Source: Calditrichia bacterium (lineage in GTDB: Bacteria > Calditrichota > Calditrichia > JAJRVZ01). From it: DNA of 64,000 nt. The translations under genes and the position numbers were made by a program. How positions within the stretch are numbered: position 1 is the stretch's first letter; every line of letters begins with the position of its first letter. Shown here piece by piece: positions 10,577 through 22,048 of the stretch. Location of the stretch: positions 64,001 through 128,000 of the forward strand of contig CAWCNS010000002.1 of assembly GCA_963796965.1 (NCBI GenBank), in the 5' to 3' direction. The notes beneath the pieces are model-generated. The model was given only the letters and a program-made list of their open reading frames with translations, was not told the DNA's origin and searched no databases.

Positions 10577-13500
10577 TACACCGCTGTACGAATTTCATAT
10601 TTTACGGGAGGCAAGGGATTACTATGATTTTGATGATACATTTTTTGCCCAGACCGGAAATGTGATTTTCTCTGACATGTTTCATGTTCGTCTTTTTGCC
10701 CAAAAAATGAATTTAAAACAGGATTTGGTGTCGTCGCCTGACAAGGCTGTTAAGGCAGGTGCTTTAAATGCCATGGGATTAATTGACGAAATTCTGCATT
10801 ATGTGGCCGGCATGTATAAAAAACAAAAAAACAAGAAATTATTCGAAGAGGCCGAAGAATGGATTATCAAAAAGATCGGAGAAAAAAAATTTAATAAAGT
10901 CTTAACAGAATTTGTTGATCACTACCCTCCCCTAACCGTTTACAGGGGGGAACAAAGTCGTGATGAATATTTAAATGATGGGAGTTTAGGTACAAACAAT
11001 CGCTGCATTGTACTTGAAGAAATTCTGTTATTACATCTTGCCAATGATAATCCTGCTTTTTCTCCTTTTAAAGAATTGTTCGATGATGAAAATTTGTCCA
11101 GAGAATCAGCATACAGGCAACTAACGGCATCCATCCAGGATTTTTTCCAGGAGCAGCCTGCTTTTGGTCCCGACAATCAGACACTCTACCTAATGTTAAA
11201 AACGCCAGCATTAAAGTTTCCTCACTCACTCTTTGCTCAGCTTGAATTTATTCGCGAACACTGGGGACATTTGTTATCAGACTATATATTCCGTTTGCTC
11301 GGTGGACTCGATCTGATAAAGGAAGAAGAAAAATCTATCTTTACAGGCCCTGGTCCTACATATGTTCCTGACTTTAGTGCCCTTGGTGGGGAGGATGAAC
11401 CGGAACGATTCAGTACTGATTTGGACTGGATGCCTAATGTTGTGATGATCGCTAAAAGTACCTATGTTTGGCTGGATCAACTTTCCAAAAAGTATTCACG
11501 ATCGATCACCAAACTGGATCATATCCCCGATGAAGAACTGGACCTCTTAGCCAGCCGGGGATTTACAGCCTTATGGTTGATCGGATTATGGGAACGGAGT
11601 TCTGCATCGCAAAAGATAAAACAGCTTTGTGGAAATCCTGAAGCAGTAAGTTCAGCTTATTCCCTGTTCGACTACACCATCGCAGAAGATCTGGGTGGTG
11701 AGGCAGCCTATGAAAATCTCCGAAATCGATCATGGAAAAGAGGGATCCGCCTAGCCAGTGACATGGTGCCAAATCATACCGGCATCTATTCAAAATGGGT
11801 GATCGAACATCCCGATTGGTATGTACAGGCTGACAATCCTGTTTTCCCGGGATACACCTTTAATGGAAACAATCTCTCAGATGATGATCGGGTAGCTCTT
11901 TTCATTGAAGACGGATATTGGAACCGTTCTGATGCTGCCGTTTTGTTTAAAAGAGTCGATACCCATACTGGTTCTGTAACTTATATTTATCATGGAAACG
12001 ATGGAACGAGTATGCCTTGGAATGATACAGCTCAGTTAAACTATCTCCTTCCTCAGGTAAGAGAGGCTGTCATTCAAACTATTCTGCATGTTGCCCGCCA
12101 ATTTCCAATCATTCGTCTTGATGCAGCCATGACCCTGGCAAAAAAGCATTTTCAGCGGCTTTGGTTCCCTCCGCCGGGAAGCGGCGGCGATATTCCTTCA
12201 CGCTCCGGCTTTGCTATAACCAGAGAGCAATTTGAGGAGGCTTTTCCCGTAGAATTTTGGCGTGAAGTTGTTGATCGCGTTGCCCAGGAAGTTCCTGACA
12301 CACTTCTATTGGCTGAAGCCTTTTGGATGATGGAGGGATATTTTGTTCGTACTTTGGGTATGCATCGTGTTTATAACAGTGCTTTTATGAATATGTTAAA
12401 AAACGAAGAAAATGCCAAATATCGCGATGCCATTAAAAGTGTTATGGATTTTAATCCGGAGATCATGAAACGCTATGTAAATTTTATGAATAATCCTGAT
12501 GAAGAAACAGCTGTTACACAGTTTGGTAAAGATGACAAGTATTTTGGTGTCTGTACACTCATGTGTACCTTACCGGGTTTACCCATGTTCGGACATGGTC
12601 AGGTCGAAGGATACAGCGAAAAGTATGGAATGGAATATAAAAAAGCCTATTGGGATGAACACGAAGATGGCTATTTAATTGAGAGACACCAACGCGAGAT
12701 ATTTCCTCTCTTAAAAAAAAGATACCTGTTCAGCCATGTGCAAAATTTTATATTATACGATTTGATAGGATCAGACGGCTTTGTCAATGGAGATGTATTT
12801 GCGTTTTCAAATAGGGTAAATGATCAAAAGGCGGTTGTCCTTTATAACAACCGTTACGAGCGCTCCAGCGGCTGGATAAAATATTCTTCTGCATCAGCTG
12901 AAAAAGATGGGAATGGCTTTAAACAATTTACATTATCTGAAGGATTGGCGCTTGAAGCCGGAAACAACAGTTATGTCATTTTTCGTGATCAAATAACGGA
13001 TCTTGAATATATTCGACACGGTGGAGATCTGGCTCATCATGGATTATACGTAGAATTGGATGGATTTAAATATCATGTCTTTCTCGACTTTCGAGAAGTT
13101 CAGGAAAATGAATATGGTCATTACGGTCAGATCTGTGAGTATTTGAGCGGACGGGGTGTCCCAAGTATCGAAGCAACATTAAAAGAAACATTTTTAAAAC
13201 CGGTCCATGAACCTTTTTATAGTCTGATGCAATCAGATTTTCTGAATCGTGTAAACAAAATCATGCAGTCAACTAAAAGCACTGAAGCTATTCCGTTGGA
13301 TTTGTTAAAAGACTTTAAAAAAGATATGGGGAGTTTTTTGTCAGCAATCGATGAGTATATTTCTGGCCGGGGTACGGGACCATTAGTTTTGGAAGCTTTG
13401 AATATCAAATTTAATAATTTACTCCTCCTTCATCGGCCAGCTCAGCTACTCAACACGAAACAGACCGCAGCGGTAAAAAAGATATCTGCCTTTCTGGAAG

Positions 13501-14033
13501 AAAATGGCCCTTCTTCGGCAACTTTGACACTCTGGTTAATTTTTTCTGATCTGGGAAATTTACAAGATAAAAATTACGCACCGCTGATCAGTATTTCCTG
13601 GCTTGATGAATTCCTCTTTTACAAACTGATCCTTCGATCCCTTCAATCAGTAGGCTGCGATGATAGGACGGCTGAAAGGCAATTGCTCTTGATTAAGTGC
13701 CTGATACTTACCCCGAATTGGATTGAGCAGGCATCAGATAATTTGGGAAATGCCATGCAAGCCCTGTTTCAAAACCAGGAAGCACAACAATATCTGAATA
13801 TTCATCATTATCATGATATACCCTATTTTCATTTTGAGAGTTTGATAGAACTCATGAAGGCCTTGTTTGCAGTTGGGGTTGTTAATCTCATGAGTGATAA
13901 GAAAAGTGATATGAAAGGAAAAAAGAAAAAAATCGAAGCGTGGTTAAAATTGACTAATCAAATCATCACCGCTGCCCAGGAAAATGGAAGCCGGATTGAT
14001 AAAACTATTGCGACCCTGAGTAAAAAGAAATAG
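10569..14033 (+). CDS. Large GH13 alpha-amylase family protein with N- and C-terminal extensions
   Basis: SDMVPNH, RLDAAM (nucleophile), AEAFW (acid/base), NNPDEE; GTG start overlaps the dUTPase stop. Confidence 0.85.
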   Translation: MINTPLYEFHILREARDYYDFDDTFFAQTGNVIFSDMFHVRLFAQKMNLKQDLVSSPDKAVKAGALNAMGLIDEILHYVAGMYKKQKNKKLFEEAEEWIIKKIGEKKFNKVLTEFVDHYPPLTVYRGEQSRDEYLNDGSLGTNNRCIVLEEILLLHLANDNPAFSPFKELFDDENLSRESAYRQLTASIQDFFQEQPAFGPDNQTLYLMLKTPALKFPHSLFAQLEFIREHWGHLLSDYIFRLLGGLDLIKEEEKSIFTGPGPTYVPDFSALGGEDEPERFSTDLDWMPNVVMIAKSTYVWLDQLSKKYSRSITKLDHIPDEELDLLASRGFTALWLIGLWERSSASQKIKQLCGNPEAVSSAYSLFDYTIAEDLGGEAAYENLRNRSWKRGIRLASDMVPNHTGIYSKWVIEHPDWYVQADNPVFPGYTFNGNNLSDDDRVALFIEDGYWNRSDAAVLFKRVDTHTGSVTYIYHGNDGTSMPWNDTAQLNYLLPQVREAVIQTILHVARQFPIIRLDAAMTLAKKHFQRLWFPPPGSGGDIPSRSGFAITREQFEEAFPVEFWREVVDRVAQEVPDTLLLAEAFWMMEGYFVRTLGMHRVYNSAFMNMLKNEENAKYRDAIKSVMDFNPEIMKRYVNFMNNPDEETAVTQFGKDDKYFGVCTLMCTLPGLPMFGHGQVEGYSEKYGMEYKKAYWDEHEDGYLIERHQREIFPLLKKRYLFSHVQNFILYDLIGSDGFVNGDVFAFSNRVNDQKAVVLYNNRYERSSGWIKYSSASAEKDGNGFKQFTLSEGLALEAGNNSYVIFRDQITDLEYIRHGGDLAHHGLYVELDGFKYHVFLDFREVQENEYGHYGQICEYLSGRGVPSIEATLKETFLKPVHEPFYSLMQSDFLNRVNKIMQSTKSTEAIPLDLLKDFKKDMGSFLSAIDEYISGRGTGPLVLEALNIKFNNLLLLHRPAQLLNTKQTAAVKKISAFLEENGPSSATLTLWLIFSDLGNLQDKNYAPLISISWLDEFLFYKLILRSLQSVGCDDRTAERQLLLIKCLILTPNWIEQASDNLGNAMQALFQNQEAQQYLNIHHYHDIPYFHFESLIELMKALFAVGVVNLMSDKKSDMKGKKKKIEAWLKLTNQIITAAQENGSRIDKTIATLSKKK

Positions 14034-14041
14034 AGTAAAAT

Positions 14042-14728
14042 CTACAAATATGAAGGCCTGATTTCATATTGTAGCGGATCTTCTCTGTTGGCTAACTCAA
14101 ATCCACGTAATCGCAAAGCACAACTATCGCAAACGCCACAGGCCAATTCTTCATTCTGGTAGCATGACCAGGTCAAGTGAAGCGGTGCCTTTAAATCGAT
14201 AGATTGACAAACAATATCCTTTTTTGAAAGTTTTACCAATGGTGTAACAATCTCAATTTGCGTTTCTGGTTTTGTACCTTCTCGAATCACCCGGTCAAAT
14301 GCTTTAAAAAATGATTCACGACAGTCGGGATAACCAGAAGAATCTTCTTCAACAGCACCGATAAATATTTTTCTGGCCTGAAGAACCTCAGCCCAACTGG
14401 TGGCAATTGCCAGAATATTGGCATTTCGAAATGGGACATAACTGCTGGGGATTACCTGACTTTCAAGATTTGCCTTATCCACGACAATTGAATCATCCGT
14501 CAAACTTGAGCCACCAATTGCAGTAAAATGCTTTACATCTATCACCAACCGCCGCTTAACCTGATAAAAGTCTGCGATATCCTCAAATGCTCTTTTTTCT
14601 CTCTGTTCAGTCTTTTGCCCATAATTCAGATGTAAAAATGCTAACTCGCAGGTCTGCTCGGCAATGGCTGCTGTCAAGCAGCTATCCATCCCCCCGGATA
14701 CAAGTACGATTGCAAGATCCCTTTTCAT
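14042..14728 (-). CDS. queC: 7-cyano-7-deazaguanine synthase
   Basis: SGGMDS, YVPFRN, GYPDCR, TWSCY..ACGVCDSC. Confidence 0.95.
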   Translation of the reverse strand: MKRDLAIVLVSGGMDSCLTAAIAEQTCELAFLHLNYGQKTEQREKRAFEDIADFYQVKRRLVIDVKHFTAIGGSSLTDDSIVVDKANLESQVIPSSYVPFRNANILAIATSWAEVLQARKIFIGAVEEDSSGYPDCRESFFKAFDRVIREGTKPETQIEIVTPLVKLSKKDIVCQSIDLKAPLHLTWSCYQNEELACGVCDSCALRLRGFELANREDPLQYEIRPSYL

Positions 14729-15084
14729 TTAAAGGAACCCCTCTTCTCCGGATCGTAAATTGATCTGATAATTGAGTTCATACCACCCCTCGTGGAAAAC
14801 TTCCCAATAATCTCCATATAACGTGGATGACAGGCCTCGACAAATTCATCAAGTATCTGGTTGACAACGGCTTCATAAAAAATCCCCTTATTCCGAAAAT
14901 CCAGGAAATAATATTTTAAGGCTTTTAACTCCAGACACAATTTATCAGGGACATAGTTAATTGTAATTATACCAAAATCCGGTAAACCCGTTATCGGACA
15001 TACCGACGTAAACTCTTCATTTACATGGGTGATATAGTAGTCTCTGTCAGGATATTTATTATCAAACACTTCAATTTTTGACAT
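14725..15084 (-). CDS. queF: NADPH-dependent preQ0 reductase (short type)
   Basis: EFTSVCPITGLPDF, ELKALKYY, RGG; start MSKIEV after AGAGG. Confidence 0.93.
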   Translation of the reverse strand: MSKIEVFDNKYPDRDYYITHVNEEFTSVCPITGLPDFGIITINYVPDKLCLELKALKYYFLDFRNKGIFYEAVVNQILDEFVEACHPRYMEIIGKFSTRGGMNSIIRSIYDPEKRGSFK

Positions 15085-15171
15085 TGTATTTTCCTCTAAA
15101 TATTTTTTCATATCGACTTAACAGGTTATAAAAGTTATTCATTTTCATCAACTTTTCAGAAGATACAGTGT

Positions 15172-15233
15172 GTAACGGCGCGATTAAGAGGTTGTGTGAA
15201 AACAACCACACAACCTCTGAATCGCGCCGTTAC
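15172..15233. repeat. REP-like long hairpin (27-bp arms, 1 mismatch, 8-nt loop) between queE and queF
   Basis: GTAACGGCGCGATTAAGAGGTTGTGTG / CACACAACCTCTGAATCGCGCCGTTAC; decayed copy of one arm at about 15291-15314. Confidence 0.85.
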
Positions 15234-15388
15234 CAATACCACTATCAAGATATATTTAAGTTCCCACAACCATTAGATGGTTATTCTCATACAACCTCTG
15301 AATCACATCCCTGCAAATAAAAATGCTTAAAAAAAAATGAATCCCAACACTTAATGAATCAAATAATGCAGCAGGCCACGGTTTGGAA

Positions 15389-16063
15389 TTAATGTCCCCG
15401 GGCATCTGATTCCCATATTTGTTTATGCAATTGAACCTGCATTCTTACCGGCACCTGATTTTCTAATATCCATTCAGCCAGAACCTGATTATTCATTTTA
15501 CCAAATACGGGTGAAACAATAATCTCACATTTCTTGTGAATCTTATATTTTTCAATTATGGTTCTCATCCACATCAGATCTTCCATTGAACCAACTACAA
15601 ATTTAACTTCATCTGTTTTCTGTAATTGATCAATATTTGACCACATCATTTTTTCTGACTCACCACTTGTCAGACATTTAATATCCATTATTTTCTTTAC
15701 TCTTTTGTCTACTTTAGAAACATCCATATGACCGGCTGTCTCAAGAAGTACCTCATATCCCTGATCACAAAGTTTTTGCATTAATATATGTACATTCTCC
15801 TGAATTAATGGCTCACCACCAGTTATTTCAACCAACCGGCAATTATATTCTTCGATTTGATCAATAATGGCAGAGAGAGAATATTCCTTTCCTTCAAAGA
15901 ATGCATAAGTTGTATCGCAATATGTACAGCGCAAGTTACAGTAGGTTAACCTTACAAAAACACAGGGTCTGCCCGCATGTGTTGATTCGCCCTGGATACT
16001 ATAAAATATTTCATTGATCTTAACTGTAGGTCCCTGGTTTTGCTGAGAATCCTCACTTTTCAT
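15389..16063 (-). CDS. queE: 7-carboxy-7-deazaguanine synthase (radical SAM)
   Basis: EIFYSIQGE, CNLRCTYCDT, ITGGEP, QLHK; start overlaps the queD 3' end. Confidence 0.93.
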   Translation of the reverse strand: MKSEDSQQNQGPTVKINEIFYSIQGESTHAGRPCVFVRLTYCNLRCTYCDTTYAFFEGKEYSLSAIIDQIEEYNCRLVEITGGEPLIQENVHILMQKLCDQGYEVLLETAGHMDVSKVDKRVKKIMDIKCLTSGESEKMMWSNIDQLQKTDEVKFVVGSMEDLMWMRTIIEKYKIHKKCEIIVSPVFGKMNNQVLAEWILENQVPVRMQVQLHKQIWESDARGH

Positions 16064-16418
16064 AACTGACCATACAACTTTCTGTCTCCCAGGCAGTAAC
16101 TTTTTTGAGTATGATATCTCCCGGAAGCCGGGATTCCATCTCTTCAAAAATATATTTAACCAGATTTTCTGCTGTGGGATTTAATTTATCAAAGGGTGGA
16201 ATTTTGTTAATCAAATTATGGTCGAAGGGTTCTATTATCTCCCACAACCATTTTTCCAGATCGAGGAAATCAATAGCCATCCCCAACGAATCCAACTTAT
16301 CTGCTTGCACTTCAGCACGGACCTTCCAATTATGCCCGTGAATCCGCGCGCAGGGACCCGGGTAATCATTCAATTGATGGGCCATTGAGATAACTTTTTC
16401 AACGGCTAATTTGAACAT
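16053..16418 (-). CDS. queD: 6-carboxytetrahydropterin synthase
   Basis: AH.L...GPCARIHGHN, FDH, PTAEN, WET; AGGAGG RBS before MFKLAV. Confidence 0.93.
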   Translation of the reverse strand: MFKLAVEKVISMAHQLNDYPGPCARIHGHNWKVRAEVQADKLDSLGMAIDFLDLEKWLWEIIEPFDHNLINKIPPFDKLNPTAENLVKYIFEEMESRLPGDIILKKVTAWETESCMVSYEK

Positions 16419-16582
16419 CAAACACCTCCTCTGAACCTGTTGCCGGCGAAATTTAATCAAATATTGTCCACATATCATATTTTTTATTCTTTTCTTTTTG
16501 GTCCTTAATCTGTATTATTTATTAATTATAAATTACAAGTCGTAATCTATTAGTCTTATCATTAAAATAAAGGAGCACAATC

Positions 16583-17500
16583 GTGAAACGTAGAGATTTT
16601 ATCAAAAATTCTGTTGCGGCTGCATATGGTATAAGTTTTTCAACATTTCCAACCGGATTATTATCCTCATGTACACAATCAAAACAGCCTCTGTACATGA
16701 TTTCCCTTGCTGAATGGTCTTTACACAAAACGATATTTGGCGGTGATATGGACCACCTCAATTTTGCTGCATTGGCAATGAAAAATTATGGAATTGGTGC
16801 GGTAGAGTATGTCAATCAGTTCTTTAAAGACAAAGCCAAAGACAACACATACCTTAAAGATATGAAGCAAAGAGCGGATGATGCCAATGTAAAAAGTCTC
16901 TTAATTATGTGTGATGGAGAGGGAAGATTGGGTGATCCTGATGAAGCACAAAGAATGCAAGCCGTTCAGAACCATCACAAATGGGTTGAGGCTGCCAAAT
17001 ATCTGGGTTGCCACTCTATTCGTGTAAACGCAGCAAGTGCCGGCGAATATGAGGAACAACAAAAATTAGCGGCTGATGGTTTGCGGAAACTGACAGAGTA
17101 TGGGGATAAATCTGAAATAAATGTGATTGTAGAAAACCATGGTGGTCTGTCAAGCAATGGCAAATGGTTGACTGGTGTAATGAAATTAGTGGATCATCCC
17201 CGTTGCGGCACATTACCCGATTTCGGTAACTTTCGGGTGAGTAGTGATGAAGAATATGATCGATACAAAGGTGTAACCGAACTGATGCCTTTTGCAAAGG
17301 CGGTCAGTGCAAAATCGCATGAATTCGATAAAGCAGGAAATGAAGTACGCACGGACTATTTAAAAATGATGAAGATTGTTATAGATGCCGGATACGGTGG
17401 ATATGTTGGTATCGAGTACGAAGGTAGTCAGCTCAGTGAAGATGAGGGCATTAAAGCAACAAAAATTCTACTTGAGAAAGTACGTGAACAATTATCATAA
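16583..17500 (+). CDS. Tat-exported sugar phosphate isomerase/epimerase (TIM barrel) family protein
   Basis: MKRRDFIK Tat motif with possible LSSC lipobox; ENHGG, LPDFGNF, SAK, GIEYEG. Confidence 0.85.
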   Translation: MKRRDFIKNSVAAAYGISFSTFPTGLLSSCTQSKQPLYMISLAEWSLHKTIFGGDMDHLNFAALAMKNYGIGAVEYVNQFFKDKAKDNTYLKDMKQRADDANVKSLLIMCDGEGRLGDPDEAQRMQAVQNHHKWVEAAKYLGCHSIRVNAASAGEYEEQQKLAADGLRKLTEYGDKSEINVIVENHGGLSSNGKWLTGVMKLVDHPRCGTLPDFGNFRVSSDEEYDRYKGVTELMPFAKAVSAKSHEFDKAGNEVRTDYLKMMKIVIDAGYGGYVGIEYEGSQLSEDEGIKATKILLEKVREQLS

Positions 17501-17654
17501 CGTACGAATTGGAGATATTAGAACGTTGAGAATTGGGCTGGCCCAATAAATTTGGGATTTTGGCCGGAGGTCTGCCCAATCAAAACCAAACACAGGGTTT
17601 ATAGTGATCACCTTCCGGATCTGACGGCCTCTCACCGTTCATATTAAGTAAAAA

Positions 17655-17790
17655 ATCTAACCACGGAAGTACGCGGAAGAACACGGACAATAAAAAGTAA
17701 ATTTCTTAAAGGAAAATATTAAAGTAACCCAACTTGATTATATCTATATAAAATTCCGTGTATTTTTCCGTGTCTCTCCGTGGTTTAGAT
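17655..17790. repeat. Inverted pair of (CACGGA)x3-type arms around an AT-rich spacer
   Basis: ATCTAACCACGGAAGTACGCGGAAGAACACGGA (17655-17687) versus TCCGTGTATTTTTCCGTGTCTCTCCGTGGTTTAGAT (17755-17790). Confidence 0.8.
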
Positions 17791-17819
17791 AAAGGTAGGA
17801 TACTCTCGTCGTATGAGAA

Positions 17820-18848
17820 TCAAGATAACTTTTTATTCGCCATTTTTTTTAATATATTCTTGATAATCCCCGGGCCCTCATAAATGAATCCTGTATAAAT
17901 TTGAATCAGTGAAGCACCGGCCGCAATTTTTTCTCTGGCATCATCTTCTGAATAAATCCCTCCCACGCCAATTATAGGAAATTTATTTTCAGATTTTTCA
18001 GATAGATAGCGAACAACCTCGCTTGATCTTTCTCTCATCGGTTTCCCACTTAAACCACCAGCCCCAATCGTATCTACCATAGCAGCATCTGTGATGAGGT
18101 TTTTCCGTTCAATTGTGGTATTTGTCGCTATTATACCTGCTATATTTGTAACCTCTACCACGTAAATGATATCATTAAGTTGATCGTTGGTCAGATCTGG
18201 TGCTATTTTTAGGAAAATCGGTTTTGGAGCAGAGGTAGCCAGATTTAGTTTCTGCAAATGTCCCAATATCTGTGTAAGTGAATTTTTATCCTGCAATTCC
18301 CGAAGCCCGGGTGTATTTGGCGAGCTGACATTCACAACAAAATAATCGACAACCTCATAAAGACGATGGAAGCAGATTTCATAGTCCTGGACTGCATTTT
18401 CATTAGGCGTTATTTTATTTTTTCCAATGTTTCCGCCTATAATACATTTTCTTTTGCTTCTTAAGAGGTTTCTTCGAACTTTTTCAACACCGGCATTGTT
18501 AAATCCCATACGGTTTATAAGAGCCTGGTCTGCCGGCAGCCGGAAAAGACGCGGTTTATCATTGCCACCCTGTGCTTTTGGTGTAACTGTTCCGATTTCA
18601 ACAAATCCAAATCCCAGGTCAGCTAACTGGTCAACCATCTCCGCGTCTTTATCAAATCCTGCTGCCAATCCAACTGGATTATTAAAGACCAGACCACAAA
18701 CATTTATTTGAAGAGATGTAGATTTATAATGAAACAATAATTTTAAAACTTTTGAGACTAAAGGGAGTTTAATCAGTATACAAATAATATGATGGATTGT
18801 TTCAGGGTTTGTCCGGAATAATATGGGTCGTATCAGGGCTTTATACAT
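17820..18848 (-). CDS. pyrD: Dihydroorotate dehydrogenase (quinone), class 2
   Basis: [36 protein letters not shown]. Confidence 0.95.
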   Translation of the reverse strand: MYKALIRPILFRTNPETIHHIICILIKLPLVSKVLKLLFHYKSTSLQINVCGLVFNNPVGLAAGFDKDAEMVDQLADLGFGFVEIGTVTPKAQGGNDKPRLFRLPADQALINRMGFNNAGVEKVRRNLLRSKRKCIIGGNIGKNKITPNENAVQDYEICFHRLYEVVDYFVVNVSSPNTPGLRELQDKNSLTQILGHLQKLNLATSAPKPIFLKIAPDLTNDQLNDIIYVVEVTNIAGIIATNTTIERKNLITDAAMVDTIGAGGLSGKPMRERSSEVVRYLSEKSENKFPIIGVGGIYSEDDAREKIAAGASLIQIYTGFIYEGPGIIKNILKKMANKKLS

Positions 18849-18930
18849 ACAGATTCTCCCTTCTTCATGAACTAGTTGTCTCATTCATCTAATAGATGTA
18901 AATTTAACATATTTAGGATCAAAATCTAAA

Positions 18931-19637
18931 ATGAACAAAATTAAAATATATTCTTATCGTAATTACTTCTCCTTATAATGAATGGCTGTGATCTGGACAA
19001 ATTTACCGGATATGATCATGAAGCGGATCCTATCCCCGAATCTGCCCGAATTTACGGCATTCTAATAAATAAATTCACACAACTACCAATAAATGATGCC
19101 ATAATCCAGGTGGGTGATCAGGCAACATTTTCTGATGAAAATGGAAAATATGAATTTTTTTACCACCTTGGTGAAGATGAGGATCGAAATAAAGAAGTAA
19201 AGATGCTAATATCTGCAAAAAACTTTCTCCCTATTGATACCAATGTCGTAATCTTCCCGGAGAATGAAATAGACAAGGGACTTGCCTATGCATCTCCGAT
19301 TATAAAAAGGATTGCTAAGATAGACATTGTCTGTCAGGCAGAAATATTTGATTATCAGGGTTGGGAGGATATTGCCCATGTTTAGGGCGAGTTTTATTAT
19401 GTTCGTGGGGATGAAAGAGTCATTGCATTAACCATCCGCTTACCTTTCCAAAGAGTAGATACGGATACTCCCAATACATCTTATTATCAATGTAGATGAA
19501 TACTTCAATAGATGGCTTTGGCGAACTTGATCCGTAGTTTTAAAATATTTGCCACAGATCGTCTTGGATATGCAGATTCGACTAATCATGTTGTTAGCGG
19601 CGTAGATTCATTACTTTTCCCACCTGTTTTTGAGTAA
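18931..19637 (+). CDS. Hypothetical lipoprotein with a carboxypeptidase-regulatory-like domain (several indels and an in-frame TAG at 19383)
   Basis: Signal from ATG 18931 shifts into MNGC lipobox; protein-like sequence continues past TAG (GEFYYVRGDERVIALT) and ends LLFPPVFE* at 19637. Confidence 0.6.
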
Positions 19638-19645
19638 GGTAAGAT

Positions 19646-21857
19646 ATGAGGGAGCAGAAACTTCTGTTCATTTTTCTATTGTACAATTTTGATTCTATGG
19701 CCAGGGATTACGTTTGCCACAGATTATAAAATATCTGGTACCGTCATTGATAAGACAACCCAATCACCTCTGGTGGGTGCTAACGTATTTCTTAGAACCT
19801 CTTCCATCGGCACTGTAACCAACGGTAAGGGTTTTTTTACATTAACCGTTCCTGAACAATATGGCAGTGATTCTCTGATTATAAACTATCTTGGTTATCA
19901 GGAGTATCGAAACACTGTCTCAAATACACCTGCTTCCTCTGTCTATTATTTATCACCTCTGATTTTAGAAGCAGAAAAAGGAATTACGATATATGCAGAA
20001 AAACTGAATCTGGCCCGCCAGGAGCTCCCCCATAGCGCAACTGTCATTAATTTAGAAGACATAGAACGATACGGCACTTCAGAAATCAGCGATCTTTTTA
20101 AAGCTGATCCCTCTGTGCGGATAATTGGTAATGACCTGGATGGTCGGTTTATAGAAATTCGGGGCAGTGATCCTAACGAAGTAAATGTTTATGTTGATGG
20201 GATTCAAATAAACAATTTAGGTTACAATAATGCTGCTGACCTTTCTGTAATTTCTGCTGATAATATCGAAAAGTTAGAAGTCCTGAAAGGATCCAACCTG
20301 GTCCTTCTGGGAAGTGGAGCATTTGGCGGTGTCGTTAATATTACCACCCGCAATGCCACCAAGTCGGAATATGGTCTTAAAATTAAATACGGAAGTTGGT
20401 TGAGCCGACTTATTGCCGCACAAATAAATATCCCCATTCATGATAAAGTGTATTTTAACTATTTCGGTACTTTCGGCGCCTTTTCTCCTGAAATTGAATA
20501 TTACTCATCCGAGCAATTCGATGAGAAAACACCAACAACCGCCGTCAAGACCTCCCGGCAAAACCACAATCTCACACTTAATTATTTTACAGATACTGGT
20601 CAATACACGGGGAAAGTAATGGGAGGGCTTCTGAATTATGACAAACCCGCCTGGAACAATTTACGGAAAAATATTCTCCTTGCTGCTGCATACCGAGGAG
20701 AAATCCTGAAGATCCGTAATTTCGATTTTAATGTTGATTATCTCTATGGTGATGATTTTATTGACCGGGGTGACCCAAATCTTGCCTCATTCGAAAATAG
20801 TTTTTTAACCCAACGTGTGCATCTCAGGCTCGCAAAAAACTTTTCGGGTAATCCGAATTCTTATCCCCAGTTTGGTTTCCAATTTCTGTCAGAATATTTT
20901 CATGATGAGTTATTTAATGATTCAAAAATGAAAAACATGACCAGATCGAACACCTTATACGAATCTTCTTTATATGATAATCGTGGAAGTCTGGGTGGTG
21001 TACTCAGTATTGGTGACAAATTAGATAGTCTGGGTGAGACCAGCTGGAAATTATTTGGTGGTATTAGGGGTGAATTTCTTGCTTCGGGAGAAAACTATAA
21101 AATTAGTTCGTATGGTTTTCAGATAAATATACTCAAAGAGCACTGGCAATTTACACCTTATATGAACTATGGTGAAAACATTAAGTTTCCCACCTTACTC
21201 GACAATGCTTATATCATCGATGTGATTAATGTATCAATAAACACAGGCAATTTGAACATAATTAAACTCTTCCCTGAATCGGCCAAATCAAGGGAAATTG
21301 GATTCGAATTCCACTATCTTCCCTCGTCAACCTTTTATAAAAACCTTTCATTTCAATTCGCCTATTATACCACAGAAATTGCTAACAAAATCTTGAAAAG
21401 ACCGCTGGAGGATACCATAATAAGAACGCAACTAGGGCTGAATAGCACACAGGGGCTCGAAAGTACACTCAAGATGGAGAACTTATTTGGAGAATGGACA
21501 CTCAGTGCATCCTATGGCAGGCTTGATGTATCCAACCCCCTTCTATACTCCTATAAGCCAGACCAAAAATACAGTGCTCAGGTAGATTACGGAAATATCC
21601 GGAATTTTCACTTTATGGGACTTTTATATTATGAAGGAAAAAGTTTTGCCTGGGATTATGATGATCAGAATGATTTTGTAACAGCCGAAGTCGATCCTTT
21701 TTTTGATCTCGATATCTCAATGGGATATGAATTCGATCTAAAGCCTGTCAGACTAAACCTAACGCTTGCTGGTTATAACATCCTCGACAACGCTGGATAC
21801 AAATATTATAATCTTAGAAAAAGGTTTCTACAGATAGGAATCGGGATTAAATATTGA
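19646..21857 (+). CDS. TonB-dependent receptor with N-terminal CarboxypepD_reg-like domain (frameshift in the signal peptide)
   Basis: GTVIDKTTQSPLVGANV, plug IRGS..VYVDG, LEVLKG..GAFGGVVNITT, C-terminal YNILD..IGIGIKY. Confidence 0.88.
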
Positions 21858-21893
21858 TAATTGAACCAATGATTGTAGATGGAAGATATGATC

Positions 21894-22048
21894 AGGAATT
21901 TGGAATTGGCTACTTGAAAATAGGTTGAATGCTCAATATGATTGAAATGTAAAATCCTGGAACAGGTCGATAAAATTCCTTAATCCAGTATAAAAAACCA
22001 GCCCTAGTACCAAATCCCCAATTCCTAATACCAAATTCCAAGTTACAA
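21894..22048. repeat. Inverted degenerate heptamer arrays between convergent genes
   Basis: AGGAATT TGGAATT GGCTACT TGAAAAT versus CCCTAGT ACCAAAT CCCCAAT TCCTAAT ACCAAAT TCCAAGT. Confidence 0.6.

Noticed and set aside
15085..15388. preQ1 riboswitch upstream of queF
   Set aside because: The AGAGGTT..CCTCT resemblance is part of a 27-bp palindrome and lacks the short stem, loop and A-rich tail layout.
10124..16418. queCDEF near a dUTPase as a 7-deazaguanine DNA-modification (Dpd or phage) system
   Set aside because: No dpdA/tgt-like gene, nuclease or phage genes; the set with queF fits ordinary queuosine synthesis.
19383..19385. Pyrrolysine or amber readthrough in the lipoprotein gene
   Set aside because: The frame continues 37 codons, but the same gene has several indels and no pyl genes are visible; a base error is simpler.
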